From Eledone cirrhosa (Eukaryota), in assembly GCA_964016885.1 (NCBI GenBank), contig CAXHJY010000455.1, positions 4,203 through 68,202 on the forward strand: DNA of 64,000 nt. The letters run 5' to 3'. Shown here piece after piece: positions 1 through 15,469 of this stretch. The notes below the pieces were generated by a model. The model had not been told where the DNA came from. It saw nothing but the letters and a program-made list of their open reading frames with translations, and made no database searches. The translations under genes and the position numbers were made by a program. How positions within the stretch are numbered: position 1 is the stretch's first letter; every line of letters begins with the position of its first letter.

Positions 1-148
1 GTCAATGGCAACATTGAGGACCGAGTAAGTTAGATCGCAGATATGTATATATAAAAGACAGCGAGAAGCGAAAACCAACCAAACAGTGAGTGTGTTCTGT
101 TATTAATTCTGGCAAAATTACGCAAATATGACCCTCCCCAAATATAAC
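1..148 (+). mobile_element. 3' terminus (pseudo-LTR end) of a Penelope-like element
   Basis: Close match to 14081-14225 (gtcaatgg..acattgaggaccga...atgaccctccccaa.tataac), the end of the PLE at 12.8-14.2 kb; runs directly into a TA array. Confidence 0.8.
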
Positions 149-2372
<2,224 letters not shown>

Positions 2373-2438
2373 AGTTAAAAGAATAGAGGTGTAACACACA
2401 AGTTATTATATATTGGTAAACGGAATAGAAAATGCTGA

Positions 2439-2652
2439 CAAATTGTTCACAGTTGAAAAATGGTGTAATTAGGAATAAAAGAGTATTAGTGATTGTATGG
2501 GTTAGTATTCAGTTGTGGTTTTAAGTTTTTAAGTTTTTACCGGTTGCTCATTTCTAAATGCTTTTCAAAGATAATTTTGAGATAGAGTGTCCGTGCAATC
2601 ACTAATACTCTTTTATTCCTAATTAAACCATTTTTCAAATGTGAACAATTTG
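2439..2652. repeat. Inverted repeat, ~59-bp arms (2439-2497 / 2594-2652)
   Basis: caaattgttcacagttgaaaaatggtgtaattaggaataaaagagtattagtgattg versus its reverse complement with ~3 mismatches. Confidence 0.9.
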
Positions 2653-2659
2653 AACAACT

Positions 2660-4959
2660 GTGAACCCGCCATATAATCAGGATGTATCAACTAATATCCC
2701 TAGGTCTTTCTTCACTATCTTGGAGAAAAATGTCCCCCCTTCTCACAAATACCATGGTATTTTTAATAAAAATGTTATTAAACTCTCATTCTCTACCACC
2801 CCTAATATTAGTTCTCATTTAGCTAGCACTAATAATAGGAAAATTAGGGATGGATTCTCCTCTCTACATACTACTAGTCTGATGCATCGGACAATGCTTT
2901 ACCACCAGAACAGTCCTTATCTAATAGAGGTCCTATGTGCAATACATCACCACTCGAGCCAACCAATAACACCCGGAAGTGCAATTGTAGAGTGAGTGCT
3001 AACTGCCCTCTAAACGGTAACTGCCTTTCTAAGAACATTGTCTATGCTTGCGAGGTTATAACTAATTCCTCTAAAAGAACGTATATAGGATCTACTTCAA
3101 ACACTTTTAAGACTAGGTTTAACTCTCATATCTCTAACTTCAAACATGTTAGGTTTAAGAATTCTACCTCTCTAGCGCATTATATCTGGGATGTTAAGGG
3201 AGCTTATATACCATATAGCCTTAACTGAAGTTTAGTAGCACGATCTAACCACCTTTCTGCACATAGTAAGTTTTGTAATCTCTGTATACTTGAGACACAC
3301 TCTATTATTTTCTCTAGCGTACCCTTACTGAATAGAAAGTCTGAGATATTCTCTTCTTGCCCCCATGCCATTTCTAATTCTTACTTTTATTATAAACCCA
3401 AATGTTCTAGTAGTACAAATTGTACCCATTAGCAGATATATTCCATTACTTAGTTTTTTGTTTGGGTTCTTTTGTTTGCCAACATTAATGTTATCATTGG
3501 TTTTTGATGACTCTTCATTCTAGCTCTCATAATCATTTGGCCACTGTACAATATCTATGTCTTCACTATTACACCTTGTTAATATACATAAGATTACACA
3601 ATTTACGCCACTTACGTTATTCTATTATTATCTTTATATTTTTTTACTATTATTAACTTTAATTTTAATTTTAATATTATTTTTATTTCTATTTTTAATT
3701 CTATTTTTATTTCTAAGTCTATTCTGATTTATCTATCGACAACCCCCCCCCCCCCCTCCCCCCATGCACACATAAACTTATTGTCAACCCCTCCAGATTG
3801 AATATGATTATATTTAAACCCCTCCCCCTCTTTTATGCTCCGTTCTATTATTTATTATAGCATATCGAATATATTTTATGCCACTTCGCACCCTCCATAT
3901 GTTTTATTAATTCTGTCCCCATTAGCCTACCTTAACTCTACTTAAGTCAGTTTTTTAGATATCGTTGCGTATATGATAGTGTAATTTTATTCCTTTTTGT
4001 AAACATTTGTAATGATACATTAAAGTTTATATACTTTAATGACTTAAACTATAGCTAATATTATACTACCTTATCGGAAGGGTTCGATATTTTTAATATT
4101 AATTTATCAGATAGGGTTTGGAGTCATTTAAAATGATCGCTTTCCTTGGTGTTTACCTAATTTCTTAATGCACGCGAGGCATAAATGTGTATACATTTGC
4201 TTTTGTTTTGTAATTTCCGGTTGATTGTATTTATTTGTTTTATTCTATATTCTATTTACTATTCACTGTCTGGCTTCGCTCACTCATCCACACATGTCTG
4301 TCTACTAACCTTGTAATGATAAGTATTTATATATTTTATGCCAATTTTAAAATATATTACATTATGATATAGATCCTTATTACTTACCGTTCATTATATA
4401 TAACATTATGATATTTAAACTTTATATATCATGTAAGATGTCTGGATTTTTTTAAATATTTTAATATTGTGATATGTAACATTATGATATTTAGACTTTA
4501 CATATCATGTTAGATGTCTGTATATTTTTTTCTGTAACATCATATTTTTTCTGTAACATCATAATTTTTCCCTGTACCATTATAGTTTTTTTGAGTATTA
4601 TATGATTTATATTTCCTCATTTATTATGTAACCCAGTATGAATCATTTTGTCTATATTGTTTATGGTAATTGTTAATATAATGTTAACATTTTATCATTG
4701 TATTTCATTGTGACATCTATATTGTTTCTGTAAATTAACCGGGGATTATCTATTCTACTTTATTATATTGTATTGAATTATATAATGTTGTTGTTTATTA
4801 TTTGTTATACGTGTTTCTTATAATTATATCATATTATGGCCTCATGTATATTGGGTAGATGTATTAGTATTATTTTCACTATTACCATGCTTATTTTTAA
4901 TATTCAAACTTCTAATAGGGCTTAATTTCTGTGTAATAGAACATAGATATGTGTATTGT

Positions 4960-5011
<52 letters not shown>

Positions 5012-5429
5012 CATATATACATGTATATATTGTACCTTTTGATTTTTAATTTGGAATTTTAATGTTGGTATAAATATATTATTATTATAATGTATTATAT
5101 TGTGTTATATATAATTCCTGCTCTATATAACCAAATTTGTTTAGATTTAGGTTGGTGGCTTGGGACTATATTTGTAATATGGTTCTTAATGTTATCTACA
5201 TCCTTAGTTATTAAATTTTATTATTATATCTTTATTTTCATTTTTATTATCGTATATCTTTGCAAGACATTAGTGTATGTACACTCCATATTCTTCAGAC
5301 TTTCTGGCTTGTATCTGCTGTTATTACATCTTGTTGTTTTGATTGCCCTGATGAGTCCTTAATAGGACGAAAGATTGTCGGCTAATAAAAACTTTTGATG
5401 TATTAAAGGATTATTTGTTTTACCCTCTT
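2660..5429 (+). mobile_element. 5'-truncated Penelope-like retroelement (YRDD-type, possibly Nematis-like) with GIY-YIG and long 3' region
   Basis: Broken frames 2660-3432: NPPYN..KLSFSTTPNI, CNC..CPLNGNCL..NIVY, YIGSTSNTFKTRFNSH, CNLC..E, LLNRKSEIFSSCPH. About 2 kb of AT-rich 3' sequence ends in a hammerhead, then (TA)n. Confidence 0.85.
5337..5390 (+). ncRNA. Type I minimal hammerhead ribozyme
   Basis: gcc-CTGATGA-gtcct taat aggac-GAAA-gatt-GTC-ggc. Full core, 5-bp stem II, stem I gcc/ggc extendable (tttt.att/aat.aaaa); stem III is only 1 bp. Confidence 0.8.
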
Positions 5430-6288
<859 letters not shown>

Positions 6289-6364
6289 AACTTTGAAATG
6301 TTTTGGCCAGTATTGGCCCAGGCCATGTCTAACTTAATAGCACCACCTGGCGAAGTCTTTCAAT

Positions 6365-9361
6365 TCAGGATTTGGGCACCATGGCCCATTCGAGAAGAGA
6401 ATTACTGTTTGCGGAGACATATCCGGGTGTGGGTGGTTTGTCCGGGATTACTTGGAGGAATTTGTCCAAAGACTTCTTGAATTTTGTGTGGTCAGTTTCT
6501 GTTTTGACGTGTCCTGGTGTGATGTTGAAGAGAGCAGGGCCGATTGAGGTGAAATAATTGTGCCGTATTGTTGTTATGAGTTGCGATTTAGATTTTTGAA
6601 TGGGACGGATAGCACGGGGCCCAAGCCTTGGGTGTATCTTGAAGGCGATGCCAACATCATTTGGGCAGTGATGATGGAACATTTTCCACATCATGCAGAT
6701 AATATAACGCTCACGGCGACGTTGGAGTGAGTAAAGTTTCAGGTTTTCCAATCGACCCCAGTAGTCATGGTCTGACATGCCATCTATCTTTTTCGTGATT
6801 GCCCTTTGAGGAGCTTCAAGTTTCATGATACTTTGTTTCGTGTGGGGAGACCACAGTGGACAACAGTATTCAAGGTGTGGTCGGGCGAAAGTAGAGAAGA
6901 GAAGGATAATGGTGCGGGAATCTCTCGACTGGAAGGTTCTGAGGATCCAGGAACACATTCTGCGGGCCATGTCAACTTTGCTGCTTATATGCGTGGTCCA
7001 GCTTATGTTGCTGTCCACGGTTACTCCCAAGTCTCTGATGTTGTTAGATGCCACGAGAGTTTCCCCGGAGGGAAGGGAGTACGGGAGTTTCAGAGCATCC
7101 TCTTTTCCAAAGTGGATCAGTTCGAATTTGTCTTCGTTCAGTAACATGTTGTTCTTTTCTGCCCATTGGGTAACAGCCAGTAGGTCTGACTGAAGGCTTA
7201 TCCGGTCATCCACGCCATTGATGACCTTTTGGAGCTTGGAATCATCAGCGAAAATTTTAATGTTGCTGTGTTTGATGATGTCAGTGATGTCATTAATATA
7301 GATGATGAAGAGAAGTGGGCCCAACACAGTGCCTTGTGGGACTCCACTACTGACTTTGGCTGGGCTTGATTTGACTCCCTCAACTACAACATGTTGGGTT
7401 CTGTTTGACAGGAAGCTCTTGATCCACTGCAGCAGCTTTCCAGTGACACCAATATTGGACAGCTTTCTCAGTAGAATGTTATGATCAACCCTGTCAAAGG
7501 CCTTGCTGAAATCAAGGTAGATAACATCAGTGTTGGAACCCTCTCCCAAGGCTCTCAAAATGTCATCAAAGTGATGCAGTAGTTGCGTCAGGCAATCCCT
7601 TCCATTACGGAATCCATGCTGGTTGGAGTTCAGCATATTGTTACTCTCAAGGAAGTGGGTCATTCGCGATCTCACCACTCGCTCAAATACCTTAATGATA
7701 TGAGAGGTGAGTGAGATTGGACGGTAATTCACGGCAAGGGATTTGTTTCCCTTTTTGAAAACTGGGACAACAGACTGGGATAGAAGGTTTTCTGGCACAT
7801 ATCCAGCATCCAGTGAGTTCCGCCACAGATTGGCAAGAGGAGAAGCAAGTTGGTGTTGACACGCCTTCAAGACACAAGCAGGGAACCTATCGGGACCTAC
7901 TGCTGAATTATGCTTGATTTCCTTTATTGCCGCCAAGACATCAGGGGCGCCAAACGTTATGTCCGATAAGGTGTAATGGGGAGTAACATCGCCGATACAG
8001 CCCAGATCGGCCATATCAGGATTGCTGAAAACAGAGCAGTATTGTTTCTGCAGTATCTCACCCATGGTTTTAGCATTGTCTTGAAGAGTGCCATTTTCAT
8101 CAATTAGAGGGCCAACAGTAGAGCCAGTGATTTTGTGTTTTTTTGCAAATGAAAAGAACACTTTGGGATTGAGTTTGATCTTCTCAATGGCCCAGGCCTC
8201 TTCAGCTCTTCTCTGATTGTTGATGAGGGACATTATGTTGTTTTGGAGGTTATGTTTTTTAATCTCTAGTGATGAAATGGCAGTCAAGTTGATGTGTTGC
8301 TGCTGACAGTATTTCAGATTGTTGATTTTTTTGTTCGTTCTCTTAATTTTTCTGATGAGCGTTTTTCTATTTCTAGGGATTCTGCTCTTAGATTTGTTTA
8401 TAGTTCTTAATGGGGTGTGTTTAGCACATATGTGTGTAACAGTGTCCACAAATGTCTGCCAGGACTTTTTGATGTTAGTGGGTGTATGAGTGTGCGTGAA
8501 GGACCAGTCGACATGTGCAAGATCATGACTGATCGCTTCCCAGTTTGCATTGTGGAAATCCATAGCGTCAAACGGATGGACAGGAGAAATGACATTGGGT
8601 TTGTATATTGGACGGTGGAATCTCAGATCACAGAGAACCATGTCATGATCAGAGAGTAGAGTTTTCTCCACTGCAATATTGTGGATATTGTCAGTGTGAT
8701 TGCTGAAAATTAAGTCTAGGACGTTTTTGTGGCACCTCGTTGGTTCGAGCACTAGTTGGGATAGGAAGAAATCATCCATGAAGTCAAGAAGCGATTCCAC
8801 AGCTTCCCTGTCAGAGGTTGAGGCAGAAGAACCTGGTGGCAGGGTGTTTGTGGACCAGTCAACTCCGGGGAGGTTGAAGTCCCCCATCATTAAGATGTTG
8901 TCAGGGTGACACTCTTGGATGAAACACTTTATGCTGTTGAGGCATTCCTTGAAGCATGGTACAGGCGTTTGGGGTGGCCTATAGAGCCCAACTACTAATA
9001 GGTTGTTGGTTTGACTGAATACAGTGACTGCCTCACAGTATCCATTAGTGAATATGTTCATAGCCTCTGTTGAGAAAGAATTATGGACATAAATGGCAGT
9101 TCCGCCCTTTCTTCTGCCAGCGCGATCAGCACGGATGGCTTTGAAATTTTTCACTTTCACCTCGGCTTCCAAGTGGAGGTTACTGAGATGGGTTTCAGTG
9201 AGGACGAAGAAAGGGATGTGGTTTGGATGGACATCAATCCAGTCCTCCAGGAATTTGATCTTCCATTTTTGAGTATTGGTGGAAGGGCTGATGCCTTGGG
9301 CGTTAAGCAAAAATGTAGAGGCGAGAGTGGATGGTTTTAATTGTTTTGGTGTGTTGTTAAT
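6365..9361 (-). CDS. LINE ORF2: APE endonuclease plus reverse transcriptase
   Basis: APE motifs LNAQG, LTETHL, GLYRPP, MGDFN, LDLIF, SDH; RT motifs [43 protein letters not shown]; RPHLEYC..WSP. Frame open from 9361; true start codon unknown. Confidence 0.95.
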   Translation of the reverse strand: MNNTPKQLKPSTLASTFLLNAQGISPSTNTQKWKIKFLEDWIDVHPNHIPFFVLTETHLSNLHLEAEVKVKNFKAIRADRAGRRKGGTAIYVHNSFSTEAMNIFTNGYCEAVTVFSQTNNLLVVGLYRPPQTPVPCFKECLNSIKCFIQECHPDNILMMGDFNLPGVDWSTNTLPPGSSASTSDREAVESLLDFMDDFFLSQLVLEPTRCHKNVLDLIFSNHTDNIHNIAVEKTLLSDHDMVLCDLRFHRPIYKPNVISPVHPFDAMDFHNANWEAISHDLAHVDWSFTHTHTPTNIKKSWQTFVDTVTHICAKHTPLRTINKSKSRIPRNRKTLIRKIKRTNKKINNLKYCQQQHINLTAISSLEIKKHNLQNNIMSLINNQRRAEEAWAIEKIKLNPKVFFSFAKKHKITGSTVGPLIDENGTLQDNAKTMGEILQKQYCSVFSNPDMADLGCIGDVTPHYTLSDITFGAPDVLAAIKEIKHNSAVGPDRFPACVLKACQHQLASPLANLWRNSLDAGYVPENLLSQSVVPVFKKGNKSLAVNYRPISLTSHIIKVFERVVRSRMTHFLESNNMLNSNQHGFRNGRDCLTQLLHHFDDILRALGEGSNTDVIYLDFSKAFDRVDHNILLRKLSNIGVTGKLLQWIKSFLSNRTQHVVVEGVKSSPAKVSSGVPQGTVLGPLLFIIYINDITDIIKHSNIKIFADDSKLQKVINGVDDRISLQSDLLAVTQWAEKNNMLLNEDKFELIHFGKEDALKLPYSLPSGETLVASNNIRDLGVTVDSNISWTTHISSKVDMARRMCSWILRTFQSRDSRTIILLFSTFARPHLEYCCPLWSPHTKQSIMKLEAPQRAITKKIDGMSDHDYWGRLENLKLYSLQRRRERYIICMMWKMFHHHCPNDVGIAFKIHPRLGPRAIRPIQKSKSQLITTIRHNYFTSIGPALFNITPGHVKTETDHTKFKKSLDKFLQVIPDKPPTPGYVSANSNSLLEWAMVPKS

Positions 9362-9372
9362 TTATTTGTTTG

Positions 9373-10527
9373 TTAATGGCAGCAATGGGAGTTTGTGCAG
9401 TGGCGTGATAGTGGAGGGTGGTGCTGGGTGATAGCTCGAATGTTTTTTTCCAGTTCTTTTGCCAGATTCATTATGGCTAAAAAAGAGGAAGAAGTTTCCT
9501 GTTTAGAAGACTGTTGGTGACTGTGGTAGTGGTTATTTTTATGTAGGTTATGGTTTTTGTTTTTGCTTTTATTTTTAATTTTATTTTCATTTATCCGACG
9601 GGTCCCCGGGAGATGGGTAAAGGGACAATCCCGGTCTAAACACAATCTGTCTCGCAGGGAAAAACGGCAGATTTGTGGATTCCTTGTTTGAGTTATTGGT
9701 GGTTGTGTTGGTGTTAAATTAGAGTATGTATTATGGTGGTGGCTGTTTGTGGGGATAGATCGTTTTGTCCTAGGTAAATGGGTGAATTTGCAGCCACTAT
9801 CCGTACATATTCTATAGCGTAGAGAGTAGCGGCAAATGATGGGGTTTCGAGTGGGTGGGTATATGGGTGTGGGTGTTGTGAGAGGTGTAGATGATGGTTT
9901 GGGTAGGATTTGACGACCTTTATGGACTGTGGGAGGGAGAGTTCTTGTTCTGGTATTAGAAGGTAAATTCCTTGACATAGCAGTAGACAAAAATGTTGTA
10001 GTAGTAGTAGTAGGCAGAGATGTTGGCAGTGGTGATGATTGGACTGCTGGGCCAGAGAAAGGATGTGGCGTTTCATGCTGTGAGACAGAGGCTACTGGGG
10101 GGTCAATAGTTTCATTTAGTAGATCGGCCATTGTTGATGAATCAAGGAGTGGTTCACACTGTTGTTGTTGCTGTTGTTGATGTTGTTGTTGTAGCTGTTG
10201 TTGATGTTGTTGTTGTAGCTGTTGTTGTTGTTGCTGTTGTAGCTGCTGTTGTTGTTGTTGCTGCTGCTGGACAGCATTCGAAGAGAAAACACACCGTAGT
10301 TTATCCAAATGTTTATTGATTAATTTAAAAGCAATTTCGATTTGCTTTAATTTATTTTGAATCTGTTGTTCAGATCGAGTTTTCAAAAATTGAACTGTAC
10401 GTTTAGCAATGTCGTTCAGAGATGAAGCATCTATATTTTCTGTTTGGGAAAGGCAATGCCATGTGTTTATTAGAATGTCGATTTCATTATCAGACCAGTT
10501 CTGTTTGGATTTTTGCTGGTTAGCCAT
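9373..10527 (-). CDS. LINE ORF1: Myb/SANT-like N-terminus, polyQ, two CCCH zinc fingers
   Basis: 384 aa from ATG; WSDNEIDILINTW...RSEQQIQNKLKQI; Q-rich tract; two C-x8-C-x4-C-x3-H motifs. Confidence 0.85.
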   Translation of the reverse strand: MANQQKSKQNWSDNEIDILINTWHCLSQTENIDASSLNDIAKRTVQFLKTRSEQQIQNKLKQIEIAFKLINKHLDKLRCVFSSNAVQQQQQQQQQLQQQQQQQLQQQHQQQLQQQHQQQQQQQCEPLLDSSTMADLLNETIDPPVASVSQHETPHPFSGPAVQSSPLPTSLPTTTTTTFLSTAMSRNLPSNTRTRTLPPTVHKGRQILPKPSSTPLTTPTPIYPPTRNPIICRYSLRYRICTDSGCKFTHLPRTKRSIPTNSHHHNTYSNLTPTQPPITQTRNPQICRFSLRDRLCLDRDCPFTHLPGTRRINENKIKNKSKNKNHNLHKNNHYHSHQQSSKQETSSSFLAIMNLAKELEKNIRAITQHHPPLSRHCTNSHCCH

Positions 10528-10538
10528 TCTAGTTTTGA

Positions 10539-10995
10539 GTGTGTGTGTGTTTTAGTTAAGTATTTCAATATATATATATTTTTTTTTAAAATTTATTTTT
10601 GATTTATTTTTGTTTTTTGTTTTTCTTGTGTGTGAGTGAGAAGCGTATATATATAAATATGAGTATATATATATATATATATATGTATATTCTGGTTATT
10701 TGAAATTAATTAAGTTAATGAAAAGACGAAAGTAGATAATAATAATTTGTAGTTAAAGGAAAATGTACTCACAAGTTCGTGTGTGTGTGTTTTAGTTAAG
10801 TATTTCAATATATATATATTTTTTTTAAATTTATTTTTGTTTTTTGTTTTTCTTGTGTGTGAGTGAGAAGCGTATATATATAAATATGAGTATATATATA
10901 TATATATATGTATATTCTGGTTATTTGAAATTAATGAAAAGACGAAAGTATATAATAATAATTTGTAGTTAAAGGAAAATGTACTCACAAGTTCG
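10539..10995. repeat. Tandem duplication (~240 and ~215 bp) in LINE 5' UTR
   Basis: gtgtgtgttttagttaagtatttc...gtactcacaagttcg occurs twice. Confidence 0.9.
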
Positions 10996-11007
10996 AAAAC
11001 ACGTGGT

Positions 11008-11161
11008 TTCAAATATATAATAATATAGATGTATGAAAAATGTATTAACCGGTCAATTTTCAAATATATAATAATATAGATGTATGAAAAATGTATTAAC
11101 CGGTCAATTTTCAAATATATAATAATATAGATGTATGAAAATGTATTAACCGGTCAATTTT
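11008..11161. repeat. 3 x ~51-bp tandem repeat in LINE 5' UTR
   Basis: aaatatataataatatagatgtatgaaaaatgtattaaccggtcaattttc x3. Confidence 0.93.
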
Positions 11162-11240
11162 TGTTTGTTTGGTTTTGTCTTGTGGTTTTGTTTTGTGGCT
11201 GTGTGACTTGCTGCTTACTCGGGGAGAGAAGTAAAAACAC

Positions 11241-11305
<65 letters not shown>

Positions 11306-11311
11306 CATATG

Positions 11312-11390
<79 letters not shown>

Positions 11391-11743
11391 GTTATAACAT
11401 TTCTCCACACACAGACTATATCAATCATATAAAGAATTTGCCACCAGATCTACCAACCTAACACTCTTGTTTACCTACCTAAGTGCCTCTACCACACATA
11501 TCTCTCTGCCACACAATATAAACAAGACGCACATGCGTGCCACACATATAACATTTGCACTATATAACCGCTTATCTTCATGTTGTATTTTAACCTGTAT
11601 TTTTGATTTTTGATTGTACCTCTTAATATGAATTCTGTAATGAATGTTGACCCACAATGTTTGAATATGTATCAATGTTTGAATATGTATCGGTATGTCT
11701 CTCGGCTAAAAAGGAGGTCATATAACTGTCCATGCATTAATTA

Positions 11744-11797
11744 ATTGCTCCGAAGAATCCACAACCTCGGTTTGGAGGAAACAGCTGTAAGCACAAT
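11744..11797 (+). ncRNA. Variant or degenerate type I hammerhead motif
   Basis: attgct-CCGAAGA-a tcca caacc tc ggtt tgga g-GAAA-cagct-GTA-agcacaat. Palindromic loop III; U4C change in core. Confidence 0.6.
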
Positions 11798-11824
11798 CAG
11801 GTTTTGAACAGTTCTTTGATTCTT

Positions 11825-12757
<933 letters not shown>

Positions 12758-14225
12758 ATTCTCCACTCAGACTATGCTAAACCCATGGCCTTCAAATACC
12801 TGATACTCAAAAACTCAGCAATGTCTAGTAGTGGTAAGTTTAATATTCTGATCGCAGATTTGGTACGAATAATGAAGAATGTGTCCCGCATGTGCGACCC
12901 AACAGAAATGGAAAGACACACACAACACTTCATCAACCGCATGCAGTTCTCTGGCTACAACCAAAGAGACAGAGTCAGAGTATACGAAGGAGCCACGGAG
13001 AAGTATAAGACCCTCATAGAACTGGAAATGAAAGGAATTTGCCCATTATACAGGAGCAAATCATGGAATAGCTTAGATAGGGCTAGACATAAGATAGGGA
13101 AAGCCACCTCTTGGTACGACAACCGAAGATACCAGAGTGTCATGTTTGTGGACGCTACCTCTGGGGGAAAATTAACTAACCAGTGTAGAAAGGCCCTGAG
13201 AAAGACCCACTTAAAGATTAAGGTGGTACAAAAGCCAGGAACCACCATAAAATCCCTGATCAGCAACACCTACCCTTTTAAGAAAACCCACTGTACTACT
13301 AGGAAATGTATCATATGTAACGTAAAACCCCGGATAAACTGTAAAACTAGAAACGTAGTCTATAGCATAAGATGTACAGAGGGTACTTGCAGAAACATGA
13401 CAACAACATACATAGGAGAGACAGCTCGTAGCATAGGTGAAAGGATAGACCGACACTGGGGGGAAGTAAAAGGACGAAAAACGGTCCAGTACTATACGAA
13501 CATGCCATACAACAACACGACGGTAACATAGACAACATAGAAATTAGAATAATATCTAAACATAGAAATGACCCAGCAGATAGGCAAATCAGTGAGGCCA
13601 GTGAAATCGAACTTAGAAGGCCAAGACTAAACAGAAAGAATGAATGGAATAACAACAGCACCCAAACAAACAACACTGATCTAAGAGACGTATAAATAAA
13701 TAAATAAATAAATAAATAAATAGATAAATAAATAAATACATACACAAGCACAATAACAACAAAGACATATAAACACAGATTAGTAAATATAGAATACATT
13801 AACCGATACACAGTCACCCAATCACGAACACACATCAAACAAAACACTATACACACACTCAAACGCATGCGCAAAGAAGACAAAATAAAATAAACAAACA
13901 AACAAACAAATAAATAAATATATAGACAGACTAAATAAAAATGGCGTAGACATACAATGTAACGGGAGGAAACAATAGCACCACTGACGATGTTGCAGAT
14001 GTGCAACGAAAGAACTTTGATAAACTATATATATGTGTTTGTGTCTATATTGTATCTGTATTATTTTTGACCGTCGGTCAGTCAATGGTAACATTGAGGA
14101 CCGAATAAATTAGATTACCGATATAAAAGACACAGAAGCGATAAGCGAAAACCAACGAAACAGTGAGTGTGTTCTGTTATTAATTCTGGCAATATTACAC
14201 AAATATGACCCTCCCCAAGTATAAC
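12758..14225 (+). mobile_element. 5'-truncated Penelope-like retroelement, second lineage (RT thumb, Cys-rich linker, GIY-YIG)
   Basis: MQFSGY, SVMFVDAT, KIKVVQKPG, CxxxxCxxC..C, NVVYSIRC..YIGETARS..R; frameshifted C-terminus (..RQISEA..LNRKNEW); hammerhead in 3' region. Confidence 0.85.
13981..14020 (+). ncRNA. Minimal hammerhead motif of PLE pseudo-LTR
   Basis: cca-CTGACGA-t-gttgca gatg tgcaac-GAAA-gaactt-tga. 6-bp stem II with an extra U after A9; weak stems I and III. Confidence 0.6.
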
Positions 14226-14800
14226 ACTATTTGTTTCGACACACGATTTCATATAAAAAACCTCGCAAAACTAATTTATCGCCGTTATATATATATATAA
14301 ACCCATCCCACTTCCCACCCTCTCCTACTACCAGAAAAGATATAAATACCACGATTTATTTTGGACAGCCAGATTCTTGATGATTTCTAAAGAATGAAAC
14401 AGTTCTAGTCCTGTAGAATCTCATCTATATTAACACTTTTATACTCTGCTATGTATTGAGTACCTTACTTACTGTGGTTACCTCCGATTCAACCCGGAAT
14501 AACTTACCTATATATATATATACACACACAGATACATTGTAGGTAGCTTTAACCCGTCTTTTATTATTCAAAAACCCTCTGGCCAATAAACATTAACCCT
14601 CTGTGCGCCATTCATCTAACTGTAGACCAACAAATATCTAGTAAGCGGAGCGTTGACAAGAATGATGGCAAATGAATCTTCGAGGTAAGCAGTTTCCTCC
14701 CGAGCTGTTAGTTCACGCGGGATTCTCTGCTACACCTTTTCGTAATAATGCCGAACAACGTACTGCTGGTGACTCCTTCCTGCAAAAGCTGTACAAAGCA

Positions 14801-14959
<159 letters not shown>

Positions 14960-15240
14960 AAGAACAGATTAATGTTTAAGCAAATAATCGCTGCTTTTAA
15001 CATTAACGGGATCTTCTGAAACTAAAAATTTAATCTGTGAACGCAGAAGTAAATATTTCCAGAAACATTGCAACCGAAGGAAAACAGGAAGACGATATTT
15101 TGGTTCGTGAAGACGTTCCCTGGTAATGAACGGAAAAAAGCGAGGATAATACGTCGTTATGTAGACCGAGAAGAACAATTTCATGCAAAGACAAAACCAA
15201 GTTTATGGTATATATGGAGTCGTTAGACTAACATCCTATT
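14960..15240 (+). mobile_element. Degenerate RTE-like 3' fragment, copy 1
   Basis: Homologous to 17541-17815; translation AAFNINGIF.N.KFNL.TQK.IF resembles the RTE ORF C-terminus. Confidence 0.5.
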
Positions 15241-15469
15241 TAAAATAACAGAATTATTTCCAGCCCCGGAGTTTAAGAATGATGTAAATAGAATTGAAAA
15301 CGAAAATGACAGAGGTTATTAAAATAGTAAAAGTAAATAGTGAAGATTTAGGCCAGCATATACGTATGCCCCGACGGACATATACTTACATACGCATACG
15401 CACATACATACACCCGCTCACACACGCACGCACGCACGCGCGCGTGCGTGTGTGAGCGGGTGTGAGCGG

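Larger units (their letters stand above)
6289..11241 (-). mobile_element. Apparently full-length CR1/L2-group (APE-type) LINE
   Basis: ~700-bp 5' UTR, uninterrupted ORF1 and ORF2, ~75-bp 3' UTR with hairpin ggcca-atac-tggcc (6305-6318); TA arrays on both flanks. Confidence 0.93.

Noticed and set aside
3226-3228. In-frame TGA in the PLE GIY-YIG domain as possible selenocysteine (as in Naiad PLEs)
   Set aside because: It aligns with a conserved Trp (LSWSIL and LNWSVL in the other copies), so it is simple TGG>TGA decay; no SECIS recognised.
6372-9340. Short plus-strand ORFs overlapping LINE ORF2
   Set aside because: Antisense shadows of a coding sequence with no motifs.
11008-11161. Regular repeats as a CRISPR array
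   Set aside because: Contiguous tandem units with no unique spacers, in a eukaryotic LINE UTR.
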